Shown: in pieces, positions 1-13,654 of the stretch
Numbering within the stretch: position 1 is the first letter of the stretch
Layout of the letters: each line of letters begins with the position of its first letter
Assembly: GCA_016748015.1 (NCBI GenBank)
Contig: JAAOMT010000571.1
Location: 494,892-558,891 of the forward strand
Length of the DNA: 64,000 nucleotides
Source: Geosiphon pyriformis uo1
Lineage: Eukaryota > Fungi > Glomeromycota
Direction: 5' to 3'
Translations under genes and position numbers: made by a program
The notes under the pieces: model-generated
What the model was told of the DNA's origin: nothing
Databases searched by the model: none
The model's input: only the letters and a program-made list of their open reading frames with translations

Positions 1-933
1 AATACTAGAACTCTTCAAACAATCTCATACTTTTTACAAGATACTGCCAACTTATGATATCAGAATTTTATAAACAAATCTCAAGATTTTGATGTATTCA
101 AAACTGTGTTCTTACAATATTTCAGTAATTATAATAACATCAATTGCCAATTAATTAGCTTTGTTATAATTAAGCAAGGTAACAATAAAGCAGTCACTAT
201 TTACTTAAAATGTTTTCATAAAAACTTGTGCTAAATTCAAGCAATTAATGTTAACTACTTTATAGTACCACAAATTTTAAACCAATTTATTTGACAAGTC
301 TGTTCAATACATTCAAATATTTTCTAAAATACAGTTACTTATACCAGAAATTTTAAATCAGCTGAATTTGAAGTCAATTATATCCAAGCTGTAAATCTAA
401 TAATAAACAAATTATCTGAATTAAATATCAAATTGAAGCAATTTGGCAAAATCATCAATCAAAAAATCAAGGAATACTTAGCTAATAATCAAACAATTTA
501 TTAACTTCCTTAATGTTATAATAATTCAAGAAACTCCAATTATTTTCAAAATCAATTGCATCTGTCATTATCATTAGCCAATTAACTATGGTAACAAAAA
601 ATGTATAATTGCCATTATTATAGTAAATAAAGCCATTTAAAAGCAGATTGTCATTCTAAATTTAAAAACCAATGATTGAAAAGCCAATATTAAAACTCTG
701 ATTACAGATTTTAAACTCTGAATTACATCTCAAATCAGAAACAATATCAATATTAGTCTTATTAAATTCCAATAATGTAACAACTAATATATTTATCTTT
801 AATATATTAGATTTCAGCATTAATAATATATTAGTTACAGCCACAAATCATTTATTAATTCCAACAAATTCAAGTATTATTACAAAATACTGTGCTAATA
901 CCAATCAGAAGCCAAAAACCAAGAATTATTTAC
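1..933 (+). pseudogene. gag: gag fragment of D0 (capsid, zinc knuckle, Q/P-rich linker)
   Basis: Homologous to the gag of F (37900-38900) and H; many stop codons. Confidence 0.8.
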
Positions 934-1079
934 TGTTATCCAAATAGAAAACCAACTCAAAGTTATGGAGAAAATGTGACCAAAAATATGACAACATAAA
1001 ATAATAAAAAATAATGTGAAAAAACACAAAATAACATGTAATAATTCAGGATAACATTATACAAAACTTGATAACATGT
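934..1079 (+). repeat. B1 5' LTR, first part (interrupted by A)
   Basis: Starts TGTTA; matches 19470-19615. Confidence 0.85.
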
Positions 1080-1806
1080 TGTTATGAGTTGGAGTAACAA
1101 GCTAACGGATAGCAAAAGAGAACAGGATTGTAGAGTAATGAAAAGAATCAAAGAGAATTCAGCTTCAAATAGCAAATTGAATAAATATGGATTCAATATG
1201 CGAAATTAGTCTCATAAAATATCTTAGTCACTATACTTTTCAAAAATAACCAGGGAATTTGAAGGTAGAAGAATAGTTCATACTGTCAACAAATAATTAC
1301 ACACTGGTATAATTCTATGCCTCACATTAGTGCTCTTAGAATTTAATATCAGGTATTAGATGTACTCTTCAGTCATATTTTATTCAATAATCTTTAAATG
1401 CTGCAATTACATATTTCAGAAAAAGGATAAAGAATAACCAACAAGTAATTTTTTATCCCAAGATGTTCAGATACTTGAAAATAGGGAAAGGAAAATTAGT
1501 GATAAAAAAATAATTAAAATAAAAGTTGTTATTTTATTTATTTAATTTTCTTGATTTCTATATGTTTTTCTACAGTTAAGAGATTCATTGCTTATATAGC
1601 TATTAAAAGTGGTCAATGATCAGGTTAATGATTAAGTCAATGATCAGATTAATAATTAGGTTAATAATCAGATCATTAATCAGGTTAATAGTCAGGTCAT
1701 TGATCAGGTCAATGATTACTTTCTAAAAATAGAGTGGCTAATTTATATAATATCAATGGCTAATACATGTGATAATTAATAAGAAGTATAAGTTTCAATC
1801 ATAACA
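1080..1806 (-). repeat. A 3' LTR
   Basis: tgttatgag...atcataaca; matches 8101-8274 + 9243-9739. Confidence 0.9.
1611..1718. repeat. 12-bp tandem array (GGTCAATGATCA)x~9 in U3 of the A LTR
   Basis: Read directly; about 4 copies in the partner LTR at 9604-9651. Confidence 0.85.
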
Positions 1807-2500
1807 TTATCCTCTCTAAAGAGATTGAGCTCCAGCAAAATCAAGCTATTTATGGTGTAATCTATTTGAAAGGTTTTATTTAACTCAAAGCTAACTAGTT
1901 TGTTAAAGTCTTTTATGGATAAGATAAATAACACTTGAGGTAAAATAAGTTTTGTATCCAAGAGACCAAATCTTTGTATTAGAGTTTTGGCTCTTCTAGC
2001 AATAGTTAAAATTCTTGAAACATCTAATCATATAATGCCCAAAATTTCTGTCTGTATTTCTGAAGTTGTTTTCTTTATGAGTTTTATATCTTCTATGATT
2101 TCACTAAGGCAACCATAGAGTTTTAATTGTTTTCCATATGACAAGTTTTTGTCTATGGGTAAGATTTCTTGGAATGTTTTTTCAATTGTGCTAGAAGATG
2201 AAAGTATAGCTGTTGTTATACTTTCTAACAGATATTTATTTATTTTACTACCAATTTTTTCTCTTTTGGTAGTAGTTTTCTTTGGTCTAATAACAGTATG
2301 CATTCTACTGTTATCAGTTATAATGATTTGTTTTCCAATGGTCAGAATAGCATTTGGATAGTTTTTGATCTAATACTTATAAAAAATATAGAAGGTGTTT
2401 TGAATGTTTTAATCTAAAAAATAATTGTTTATGTTAATTGAAAATACCTCTGTTTTGGGAATGATGTATTTATTTATACTTGATTTTTGCTGATTATTTG
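1776..2500 (-). pseudogene. Extra 3' ORF (ORF3) of A, unknown function
   Basis: ORF fragments 2028-2303 and 1776-1961 are in the same frame between integrase and PPT; 5' limit uncertain. Confidence 0.6.
1807..1817 (-). promoter_or_regulatory. Polypurine tract of A
   Basis: Minus strand AGAGAGGATAA immediately before the 3' LTR. Confidence 0.75.
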
Positions 2501-2599
2501 AGTTGGTATTACCACAACAGGCAACCAATCAGGTTATTTATAATATTTCTTGAGTCATGTATTATGAACAGAACAATTATTAAAGATTGTTCCAGATTG

Positions 2600-3785
2600 A
2601 TCTTGAAGAATATAAGAACTATTGTTCAAAACTTTGTTGACTATAAAAGGTTTTTTTCATTAGCTAAAGAATTTATTACCATAAACATTGTCTCTGTCTG
2701 AATGGTATTTTAATACCAAGTTACCAACACTTAAAGAGAGTATTTTATAGGTTTTTTTTTTCTTAAGCTTTTCTTGAAACTGTTTTATCTTTTCAAAAAC
2801 AATTATTTGTGCTTCTACTAAGGAGTCAAAAATAGTACCAAGTCTTCTTTGCAAAATGTCTTTGTAATTTCCTATTGTGATTTCTTTAAAAAGTTGTCTT
2901 AATGTCAATTTCTATTGGTAGTGTTGCCATGTGTTTATAAAGCAGATAAAAAAGTTCATAACTTGTTATGTCATAATTCACAGTTCTATAAGCAAACAAA
3001 GCTGAAGGCAGTACTTTGTCTTATAAGTTTGTTTCTTCACTGGTTTTGGCTAGGATTTCACATAGTGTTCTGTTAAAATATTCCACTAGGCCATTTGTTT
3101 GAGGGTAATAAAAAGAGGAGAGTTTATGATGTATTTCCATTTTTCTACAAAGTTCTTCAACCAGTATACTGAGAAAAGCTCTTCTTTTATCAAATAAAAG
3201 TTCTTTAGGGCAGCCATGATAGCAAATGATATTTTCATAAATGAAATTGGCTATTAAGACTGCTGTTTAGTCAGAAGTGACTCTTGCTTTTACTCACTTT
3301 GTAAGATAATTGGTAGTTGTGATAATATATCTGTTGCCATTAGAAGTTATTGTTAAAGATTTAACAACATCTATATTAATTCTGTTAAATGGTTGACCAA
3401 CAGAGATTGAATGAATATCTTTTTTGCAATTGGGCTTGTCTTTTTTTTGGCTAATGTCACAGGTTTTGATGTATTCAGCAATGTCTTTTCCCAAGATTGG
3501 CCAATAATAGCAAGCTAAAGTTTTCTGAATTGTTTTTGTTTTTCCAAAATGTCTAGCTAATAAATCAATATGCATGTTATATATTACAATTTCTCTTTTT
3601 TCAAATCTGATGACTCTTTGGAGATGGTCAGAATCTTTTCTGTTTCTTTTATATAACTGGTTTTGGTGAATTAAATAGAAATTTGATTGTTTGCACAAAT
3701 GTTCTTTTTGCTGTTGAGTGTATTCTGGTGAGTATTGTCTTTTACCCAAAAATTCTATTAAGACAGAATAGTTGTCCAAGTCCAT
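2600..3785 (-). pseudogene. pol: Integrase of A
   Basis: H..HFG..YYWP..C zinc region, PFNRINIDVV, YYPQTNGLVE; stop codons. Confidence 0.9.
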
Positions 3786-3859
3786 TATTGTGTTTGTTTG
3801 TAAAAGAATTACTAATAATTAAGTTGGTTTGGTTTAAGAAGTTGTACTGTCATTGAATA

Positions 3860-4989
3860 GTAAGTTTAAAGAGTGTGTTTGCATTTTGATAATTTGTTCT
3901 TTTGTGGTGTTGAATATCATAGTCGAATTCATTTAAGTAGAGTATTCAGCAAGCTATTTGTTTGTGTTCCAACTTCTTTTTATTGCACAGCCAAACCAAG
4001 ACTTAATGATCTGTTACCACTAAGAATTTTGCACCAAAAAGATATTAATCCCAGTAATTAGTAGTCCAAACTACTGCCAAGTATTTCTGTTCAGTAACTG
4101 AATAGTTCTTTTCAATTAGTGTAAGGAATTTACTAGCATATGCTATGGCATGTTCTCTGCCATTTTCATCTTTCTGTGAAAAGACAACATCAAGTCTATA
4201 GCCAGATATATTAGTGTAGAGAATAAAAGGTTGGTTCAAATCAGGTTGCTTGAGAATTGGTTCAGTAACAAGTTTTTCCTTCAAAATTTCAAAAGCTTTT
4301 TGTTGATGAGTTCCCCAGTGATAATTGACATTTTTTCTGAGTAGCTAATTAAGAGAAAAGGCAATTTTGGAGAAATTTTTGATAAATTTGTGGTAGTAAG
4401 AGGCCAAACCAAGGAAAGAATGTAGTTCAAAAACATTTATTGGTTGTCTAATATTCTGGACTTTTTCAACTTTAGTTGGGTCAGGAAAGATTTCATCTTT
4501 TATAATAAGATGACCAAAAAACTGGATGGATTGGTGTTCAAAGAAAGATTTAATTGGGTTGATTTTAAGGCCAGCATTTCTAAGCAGGTCAAAAACCTTC
4601 TGCAAATGTTCAAGGTATTCATCCCAGATTTTTGAGTAGATCATTATATCATCTAAGTAAACTAGAATAAAGTTTTCTTTTACTGATTCAAATACTTTGT
4701 TCATTAGGCATTGGAAGGTGAGAGGAGCATTGGTGAGACCAAAAGACATAACTGTAAATTCATAGGTGCCATACTTGGTAATGAAAGCAGTTTTTTTTCT
4801 GCTTTCTGAATCTATTTCTACTTGCCAGAATTCAGCAGTTAAGTCAATAATTGAGAAGAAAGCAGCACTATTGAATTTATCTAGTATTGCATCAATTTTG
4901 GGAAGTAGATACATGTCTTTTATAGTAATGGCATTTAGTTGGTAATAGTTAACACAGAAGCATAGGGTTCCATCTTTCTTAAATACCAC
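3860..4989 (-). pseudogene. pol: Reverse transcriptase + RNase H of A
   Basis: FCVNYYQLN, IDLTAEFWQV, FGLTNAP, VYLDDIMIYS, FILYTNISG, AYASK, YSVTEQKYLAVVW. Confidence 0.95.
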
Positions 4990-5630
4990 TACAACTGAGA
5001 AAGCCCATTCATTCTTGGTTTTTTGTATAAATTTAAGATCTTTTATTTAGTTTATTTCTTTCTTAATAAACTCATTATTATGTCGATTGGATTGATAAGA
5101 CTTCAAATAGATACTACAAGTTTTTTTTGTAATAATAGTATGTTGTATTACATGAATTCATTTAGGAATATCATTTTTTTTGAGATAACTGGGCTATTCC
5201 TAGCCAACAGATTTTTAATGTCCACTTTTCTTTCTTCAGGGAAAGATTCTTTTTGTTTTACAATTAGTGATTGGATTTTAAGTGGTTCACTCTCAAAGAA
5301 CTTCTGTACTTCTTTTAGTTCTTCTTTAGGTATCAAACTAATTGGCTCCCAATCTTTGTAATAGATTAGGCAGAACTTGTATTCATCACTAAGGGAATAC
5401 AAAAGTTTATTGCACCAGCACCTGGCACAAAGACCATGTCACCAATAACTGTATTTTGCTTTCTTGCCAGGTTTTCTATCAAAGATTTTTCTGAGAATAT
5501 TATAGTAGGGCCAGCAGATCAGCTTACCATTTACCATAATTCCTTTTTTGTTAGCTTTAACATTGTCTAGTGGCTTGCCATTGCTGATGAAGATAGTATA
5601 AATGAGTTCAGCAGTTTCTTCTTGTTCTTT

Positions 5631-6100
5631 TTAATCTTCTTCTTCATTGCTTTTATTATCATCTGATTTATCTGATTGTTCTTTTTCTTGGTTTTGCTTG
5701 GATACTAAAGGAGTTGTCCAATGGCAACATTTAACTACAATGGGTTTTTCACTACATCTGATGGTTAGCTTACAAAGTTCATAATCAAGTAGCATTTTAG
5801 CTTTCTTAAGCCACTTGTTGCCAACAATTATGGTGTACTTTTTTGCTTCAGATACTTCTATATTAGTTTCAATGCTGATACCATTGATGCAAACAAAAAT
5901 AGCTTTGGCTATATCCAGATCTTTTTTTTTATTACCATATATGTTGGTCATTGGTTGAATGGAAGGCTTATCAATCTTTCTGTCAATTGCTTTAAGAAAG
6001 TGTTTGGCAATTACATTAACAGATGATTTACTGTTTAGGATTAGATCAATAAAGTAACCAGCCACTTAAGCTTTACAAATTAGAGAGTAATATTGCTGTT
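5631..6100 (-). pseudogene. pol: Aspartic protease of A
   Basis: LILNSKSSVNVI (decayed LDSG) and IIVGNKWL. Confidence 0.8.
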
Positions 6101-8054
6101 GGTCTTTGGTGTTTTTTTCTTTGGTATTAATGATTTGCAAAGATCTTTTTTGAACTGTGAATGGATTATTAGTTGGCCAAATGTAATGTGTGCTAAGGTT
6201 TTCATAAAATCTTTAACAACAAAATAGGAGCCAGATTTTTGTACTATTTCTGGGAGTTTTAACTTTAAAGGATTTTAAAAACTTTAGCCTTTGGTGGCTT
6301 ATTGTTATCAGCAGTTAATGTGGAGGTTTTCTTTGAATCTATAACAAAATCAATCTTGGCTTTCTTCTTCTTTCTTGTTAATTCAGAAGTGTTGATTGCT
6401 AGTTCATCCATGTCATGGTCATCATTAGTTAGGTTAAAAGCATAAAAGGGGTTTTCTTCTGGTTGGCTTGCACTTTCATCCTTTGGAGATGCATCTATTA
6501 ATTTAAAGACTAATAAACAGTAGCTTCAACTAAGGGATCCTCTCCAAAGAAATTAATGTTAGCATGATTGGGTCTTTGGTTGGGAACATTGTTGTTGATG
6601 ATTCTGTTGTTTTGATTGTCATTGTTTCTGGGAACTGAAGGAGGCAGAGAAGGATTGTTACAATCTCTGGAGAAATGTCCAGTTAATTCACAGTGATAAC
6701 ACACAAGTGGACCACAATTTTGTTGTCTTTGATAAGAGGGTTGCTGGGGTTAATTAAAACAGGGTTCAAATCTGGGTCTTTGGAGTTGTTGATTTTTTCT
6801 GACTGCTTGAGTTAAAAGTTCTAATAAACAGACAAGATTGGCTGTGAATCTATCTATTAATTGTTCATTGGAATCTGGAGTTTGAACAGTAAAAGAAATG
6901 GCAGCCATTTAAGGAGCAGGGGCCATAACAAAAACAGGAGCAAAAACTGAAAGTGTAGATTCCAAATGCATCCTTTGGTTGTCTTCAATTCGTTGGGCAA
7001 GTTCAATGATCATGTCTATTGTGGAATTGTTTTTTAGAGCCAGAAGAGGCCAAAGAGCATAGAAAAAATCAGTTTTTAATCCTTTTATAAAGGAATGAAT
7101 TTTTTGCTCTTCTGTTCAGTTTCTTTCAAAATCTACTTACTTGATTAATTTTTTGATTGCTTTGGCATACTTAGTCACAACTTTACCAGGACCTTGGATT
7201 CTTCTTTCTAATTCCATGCACTATTTAGATATTAAGATAGGAGTTCTAAATTTAGTTTCAAACTGGGTTGTAAAAGAAGTGTTTTCTTCTCCAGCATTTG
7301 TTAGTGCCCATCTAATGATTCTTTAATAAGTACCAGCATTAGTTTCTTGTGAGAACCAAGTAACAAAAAAGCCTTGAAGATAGCCACCAATGATTTAGAA
7401 CTTGTATTCATTATTATATTGGTTGGCTATAACAGCTCTTTCAAAGTCATCCAACCATTTAATTAGATCTTGTGTATCACCTTTGAATAATGGTAGTGAG
7501 ATATTGTTTCTTTGCCTTAGAGCAGTTTGTATGTCTTGAAAGGCAATCAAAATGTTTTATTGTATGGAGTTATTAGCCATTGGTTCAGGAGTAACTGTTT
7601 GTGTGGATGAATCTAATTTGCTTGATAAAAAGTCAAAAACAGGAGCAGTTTGGTAGCTTTCTTCTTTTGTTTCAAAGGGAGTTTCAGTTGCTTGATGAGC
7701 AGCAATCCAAATGTGAATTTGATGATTCAGATATTTAAAATCAGGGGGCTGTTGTTCAAAAATTGTGGAGTATAAAAGCTGATTGATACTGTTGTTTCTT
7801 TCTTCAAAGTTGTCTTCAAAATAAGCTTGGTTAAAGTAATAGGTTGTGTAGGCTGTATAGGTTTTAGCTAAATGCTTGTTCAGAAACCAGTTCTAAAAGT
7901 TTTGGAATTGTCTGCTGAATTGTTTTTTAATGGAGAAGCAAATCAAGCAGAAGGACAAAAGATTAAGTTCAATAAAGTCTAGATCATTTTTGTTATGTGC
8001 TTCAAAGTATTCTTTTGATTGTTGTGGCAGGTATAAATAATTATTCATACAATA
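6100..8054 (-). pseudogene. gag: gag of A
   Basis: Zinc knuckle CYHCELTGHFSRDC (about 6660-6701); capsid AUG near 7580; retrotrans_gag-like region 7000-7500. Confidence 0.85.
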
Positions 8055-8076
8055 AAAAACAAAGTGGATTTTGACA

Positions 8077-8094
8077 ACCTCACAAGGAGCACTA
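8077..8094 (-). promoter_or_regulatory. Primer-binding site of A
   Basis: Minus strand TAGTGCTCCTTGTGAGGT, a decayed TGGTGCTCCCTGTGAGGT, 6 nt inside the 5' LTR. Confidence 0.75.
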
Positions 8095-8100
8095 CTTTTA

Positions 8101-9739
8101 TGTTATGGATTGGAGTAACAAGCTAATAGATAACAAGAGAGAACAGGATTGTAGGGTGATGAAAAGAATCAAAAGGAATTTAACTTTAAAGAGCAAATTG
8201 AATAAGTATGGATTCAATGTGTGAGATTAGTCTCATAAAATATCTCAGTCGCTATACTTTTCAAAGATAACTGGTGTTACTTATAGAATATAAAAATTAA
8301 ATATTAGTACATAAATTAGCCAATCAGAATAAATGTAGTAAAAATGGAATTCCAAAATTTCTTTCAGAGGAATTGCAAGATTCCAAAAATTTCAGGATTT
8401 TTGTATAAGGAATTGCAGAATTCCAGAATTCCAGAATTCCTCTCAAAAAAATTGCAGAATTTCTGGAATTTTAGGATTTCTGGCTAGAGAATTGAAAAAT
8501 TCAAAAAATCTTGTACAATGAATATAGCAGTAGTATCAGAAGCTAAAAAATTAGTCAATTAGACTCAAAGTAAAGAAAACTGAGAGTCAGTAGGACTCTT
8601 AGAGTCAAGTAGACTCCTAAAATCAATTAGGCTCAAAGTTAAGAAGACTGAGAATTAGTAGAACTCTTAGAGTTAATTAAACTCACAGATTATAATTATT
8701 AAATACTCTTCCTTCTAAAGATAGAATACTATAACTTAAAGTAAAATCACTCTCATATTAATGAAATTATCTATTATCCTTAAATTCATGTTATTATCTA
8801 CTACTTAATCTGCTGGCACAATAGCTCTTGATTATGGTTATTGACAGGATACTAATTTTTTATTTTCTTTTCATTTTTTTTTATTTTATTTTATTTTATT
8901 TTGTTTGTTAATTTACTACTGATTAAAGAGATTAAGCACTGAGTTATTGACATCAAGAATTGTCTGGTAAAAGACCTTTGCAAGTGAGTAAAACACGTAA
9001 AAAAATTATGAATTACTTATCAGAAGAGTATTAGCCATCAAGCTAAAGAAAAAAATTGACAGAATTGCAATTCTAAGAAGCTACAGATAAACAACTATTG
9101 AATCTCTGTCCATTATACAAAGAACTCAACCAAAACCTTCAGATAATAACATCTTCAGATTACCATTATCACAAATAGCATTTGAGCACCAAGTTACAGG
9201 TTTTGTTATTTGATTTGAGACCCAAATTAATTACTTGTAACACCAAAGAATTTGAAAATAGAGGGATAGTTCATACTATCAACAAATGATCACATACTAA
9301 TATAATTCTATGCCTTATGTTGGCATTCTTAGAATTCAATATCAGATATCAGATGTACTCTTCAGTCACATTTTATTCAATAATCTTTAAATGCTGCAAT
9401 TACACATTTCAGAAAAAGGATAAAAAATAACCAACAAGTAATTTTTTATTCCAAGATATTCAGATACTTGAAAGTAAGGAAAGAGAAATTAGCAATAAGA
9501 GAATGATTGAGATGAAAGTTGTTATTTTATTTATTTTATTTTTTTGATTTTTACATGCTTTTTTATAGCTAAAAAATTCATTACTTATATAGGTATTAAA
9601 AGTAGTTAATGATTAAGTCAACAGTCAAGTCATTAATCAGATCAATGATCACTTTTTAAAAATAGAATGGCTAATTTATATGATATCAATGGCTAATACA
9701 TGTAATAATTAATAAAAAGTATAAGTTTCAATCATAACA
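8101..9739 (-). repeat. A 5' LTR (interrupted by solo LTR 8275-9242)
   Basis: Collinear with 1080-1806 once the insert is removed. Confidence 0.9.
8275..9242 (+). mobile_element. Solo LTR, family C variant
   Basis: TGTTAC...TGTAACA, CCAAT, GGAATTCC array, TATA-like element; TSD ctgg/ccaa (empty site ccag at about 1250). Confidence 0.9.
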
Positions 9740-10479
9740 ATATTATAGTATGAAATAACTAGTTAAAACATAGAATAACTAGTAATAATATAAAAGAACA
9801 AAGCAATAACAGAAATAGTGAAGCAATAGTTAACAAAAACAAAACAATTAAAAAAGCAATCCTGTAGAACCAAAAAAAAAGTTATAGAAGTTAGAAAAAA
9901 GACAGATAGACAAAAATCAATTTTTCTTTTTTTATAAATATTAAATTTTATAAAAATAAAGATTTTTTTTTGAAAAACTTGAAATCATCAATATATGGTC
10001 ATCAATCATCCCATGTTTAAATCAAATTAATTATTGTTTTATACTTTTGTTTCAGGACAGATGTTCTTAGCATAAATGCTTCAAACCCTTAACAACCTGA
10101 ACTAATTACTTTTAATTATGGTAATTGACAATACTAATTTATCTTCTTTTATTTTTTTTTATTTTTTTTATTTTTTTTTCTTTTATTTTTTCTTGTAGAA
10201 TAACAACACAAAAAAATTGACTGTCTGAAAATAGACTTTATAATAGCCTGGTAAAAAAAAAAACTCATATTAACAAGTTGCAATACTGTAAAACTATAAC
10301 TCTGTGCCTTATAACCAAAGAACTCTATGGGTAAATTTACCTTTAGTAAAAAACTTTTAGAAACTAATAAACTAGATACAATAGGCAGATTTATAAAAAA
10401 AATCTTCAAAGCTTCCTTTAATCCAAAAAGTCAGAACACCAAATATTATCACCATATTCTGCCAAGTTTATCTGTAATA
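9740..10479 (+). repeat. B1 5' LTR, second part
   Basis: Matches 19612-20477 except for a deletion of about 110 nt near 10255; followed by the PBS. Confidence 0.85.
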
Positions 10480-10481
10480 TT

Positions 10482-10499
10482 TGGTGCTCTTTATAAGGT
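10482..10499 (+). promoter_or_regulatory. PBS of B1
   Basis: TGGTGCTCTTTATAAGGT, 2 nt after the LTR end. Confidence 0.8.
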
Positions 10500-10541
10500 T
10501 ATAAAATTCACAAAAACAGAGCACTCCAGAAATTTACAAAA

Positions 10542-12200
10542 ATGGCAACCATTGGAACAGTAGAAAAAGATTATTTATCATATGAAAAAGTCTTATTTTG
10601 ATACTTTAGGAAAAACTTAAGAATATTATCAGAAACTGTTAACACAGAAAGTGATTTTTATTATTATTTACACAATAAATTTTACTCCAACTACCAGCCA
10701 ACTTGGCAAAAACATGTTCTTTTAAGCACTACCAATAGCACAGTCTCTAATAGAGTTAACAACTATCTCTATAGAAGAAACAGCTATCTTGCTATTTATT
10801 GGCCCTAATAACAAAAGAAAACAACCAACATTAACATTTAAAAAACAATACAGTACACTGTCATTAAAACTCTCATTATTAACAAATAAACTACCTTTTA
10901 TTACTCAGATAATGGCTTACTAAAATATTGTCAAACTAGAAAAATTTTCCAATAAAGAAAATAATACATATACTTAGATAGTAGAAGCTAAGAAAATAAT
11001 TATCACTAATAATTAGAATAATATCAGAACTATTTAAGCATTGCTTTTCTTTTTGACAGAAACTGTAGACTTCTGGTACCAAAGTTTTGAAGAAAAACCA
11101 ACTGACTTTGCTGCTTTTAAACTTGCTTTTCTATAGTATTTCTGTGATTTCAATATGTTTATTTAGCTATAAAATCAATTCAGCATAATAAAACAAAAAA
11201 ATCACAAAGCAGTGACTATTTATCTTAGATGGTTTAATTAAGTCTTTTAACAGATATTAGCAATTAAGAGAGATTACTACACTACAACACAAGTTTTCAA
11301 TAAATATGTCAAGAGATTAAAAAGTAGTATCTTACAATCTATGAGATCTTATCATCTGACAAACCTACAAGACACAGTTACTTTTGCTTGTAATTTTGAG
11401 TCAGTAAAACAAGAAGCTAATCATACTTAAGTCATTAACTTGGTCATTAACAAAATCTCAAATATCAATGCAAAGATTACCTAATTAAGTAAAAAATTAA
11501 TTCAGAAAATTAAGAGATTCTTAGCCAGAACTGCAAAAACCTATTAGCCATCTCAACAAAAAAACAACAACAACAACAATAACAGATACCAACAGCAACA
11601 GAATTATTAACAACAACAACTCTGAAGATTAGATCTCTGTAATTGTTACTATTGTCAGAAACCCAAACATATTGCTTAAGACTGCTGAAAAAATTGGTGG
11701 ATCAGAACAGAAAAAATTAATATCTATAATAACAGAGATATCTTTAAGTTCTAGGACTTCAATATTTTATACCTTAATATCAACCACTACAGTACTTATA
11801 ACAAATATCTCAAAATTACTATCAGCCACTTGTAACAGTACCAATAACATCTTAATACCAAGTGCTTATTTACAATTAACTCAGACTTTAAGCAATTGAC
11901 TATAATTAAGGATAGAAAAATGCCAATGGCAATTTGATACAAACTAGCAGTGAATTATTCTGACCAGTACAGCACAATAATCTATTACTGTGACTGATAC
12001 AAGCTAGATATCTTAACCAAACATCATATCTTGGTTTTATGAAAACTCTGGATTTTTGTAACACTACACTTTTAAAAAAGAAAGATGTAGTTAAAATAAT
12101 TAATCTTTCTACTTTAAATCAATGTTAAGTTATCAAAACAATCCTACCAGCCACAATTATTGAAGATCATATCTTTGCCATTATATTTTTATTTGACATT
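10542..12200 (+). pseudogene. gag: gag of B1
   Basis: MAY..IVKLEKFS capsid start near 10912; CYYCQKPKHIA*DC knuckle at 11644-11685. Confidence 0.85.
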
Positions 12201-12249
12201 GACAACCTAAATAACTCTGATTTTTTCAATGGAGCTGTCATCAACCAAA

Positions 12250-12640
12250 ACAAACCAATCACAGAAATATATATTAATATTAAAATAGGAAAAATAAACA
12301 TTAAATTAATATTCAATAGTAGATCTGGAGATAATATAATCATGAAACAACTCATGAATCAATTAGGTTATTAAGTAAATTGTGCAGCTACTGCCCAAAT
12401 TATTACTACAAATGAGAATATAAAGATTCCAATAGGAGAAATCAACAATTTTCAGTTCGAAATTAGTGGAATTCAAATTCTTACCAAAGTGTTTGTTATA
12501 GAAGCCACACAATATTAGACTCTTGTGAGAAATGATTGATTAACAAAAGCTTACACCACACTTGACTAAAATACTTAGAAACTTCAGATTATCTTTAATG
12601 GACACCACACTAGAGTACTTGCTATTTGTGAATACTTCCA
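12250..12640 (+). pseudogene. pol: Aspartic protease of B1
   Basis: IKLIFNSRSGDNII (decayed ILDSG), EATQY..LV.NDWL. Confidence 0.8.
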
Positions 12641-13654
12641 AATAACAATTCCAAAACAACTCTTAATTGAGTTTGAAAAACCTATTTTCCAATCAACTTT
12701 GGAAATTTACCAAGTTTTTTGGGCTGATGATTACAAGACAGAGTTATTATTACCATCTATCTAAAAAAAAAAAGTAAAAAAAGGGCTAAAGAAGAAGTCT
12801 AAGCATTACTATCAATATATCTGATACCAAACCAAAGAAATCAACCCTATCAATCTCCAAAATTAATCTGCATTGATTGTAGAAAAAAGTTATTGTCAAT
12901 AAGCATCTGCATTAAAGATGACAAAGTATGGCTCACTGTTACTAGGTATTATTGTTGACTGTGCATATTGAAACAATTCAGATGACCAAAATAACAAAAA
13001 AAATGGAACTATATACTATGTTTTGCATGTAGCAAAATTCTATTAGATGAAAGATTATGGAATAATATTCCTGACCAAAAAAAAACATATAACAAATCTT
13101 GTTAGTACACTATTTTAATAAATAATTGGGCCAGAAAAGGCACCCTGTTTACTATAGTATATAGTCAAGCAATAAACTAACTGGACTCATATTCCTATAA
13201 TGAAGAGAAAATTTGAAAAATAGTTATGGTCAAGTAAAAAAGAACTACTATCAAGAAAATACATGTCATAAAGAATGTCTCAGTAACAATTAAAGAAATA
13301 GATGACATATTCACAGATAACTCTAAAGTATTTTAAGACCAGTACTAAGAACTGGTCTTGACTTAAGAAGAACAGAAACAGAGACTAGCAGATCTTAATA
13401 TAAAACTGTGTGATTATTGCTTAATTTCATGTTATTTTTAATACTGTAACAAGTATAATTTCTTATTTAATTCACTTCCAAGAATACTATACCCTATTTT
13501 CGAACTACCAAAATCAGAGAAAGAATACAAGTTTGATGTTGAAGACATGTTGTTTTAAAAGCCAAGTAATACTATTGAAATTGAACAGTATTTTGCCTAC
13601 CCCAATCTTTCCAAAAAATTAGAGTTGAAATGATATAGTAATAACAATGAAAAA

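Larger units (their letters stand above)
1080..9739 (-). mobile_element. A: full-length Ty3/gypsy element, LTR family A, no dUTPase
   Basis: LTRs 1080-1806 and 8101-9739 (TG...CA), PBS 8077-8094, PPT 1807-1817, minus-strand gag/PR/RT/RNH/IN, TSD atgt/atat. Confidence 0.92.
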
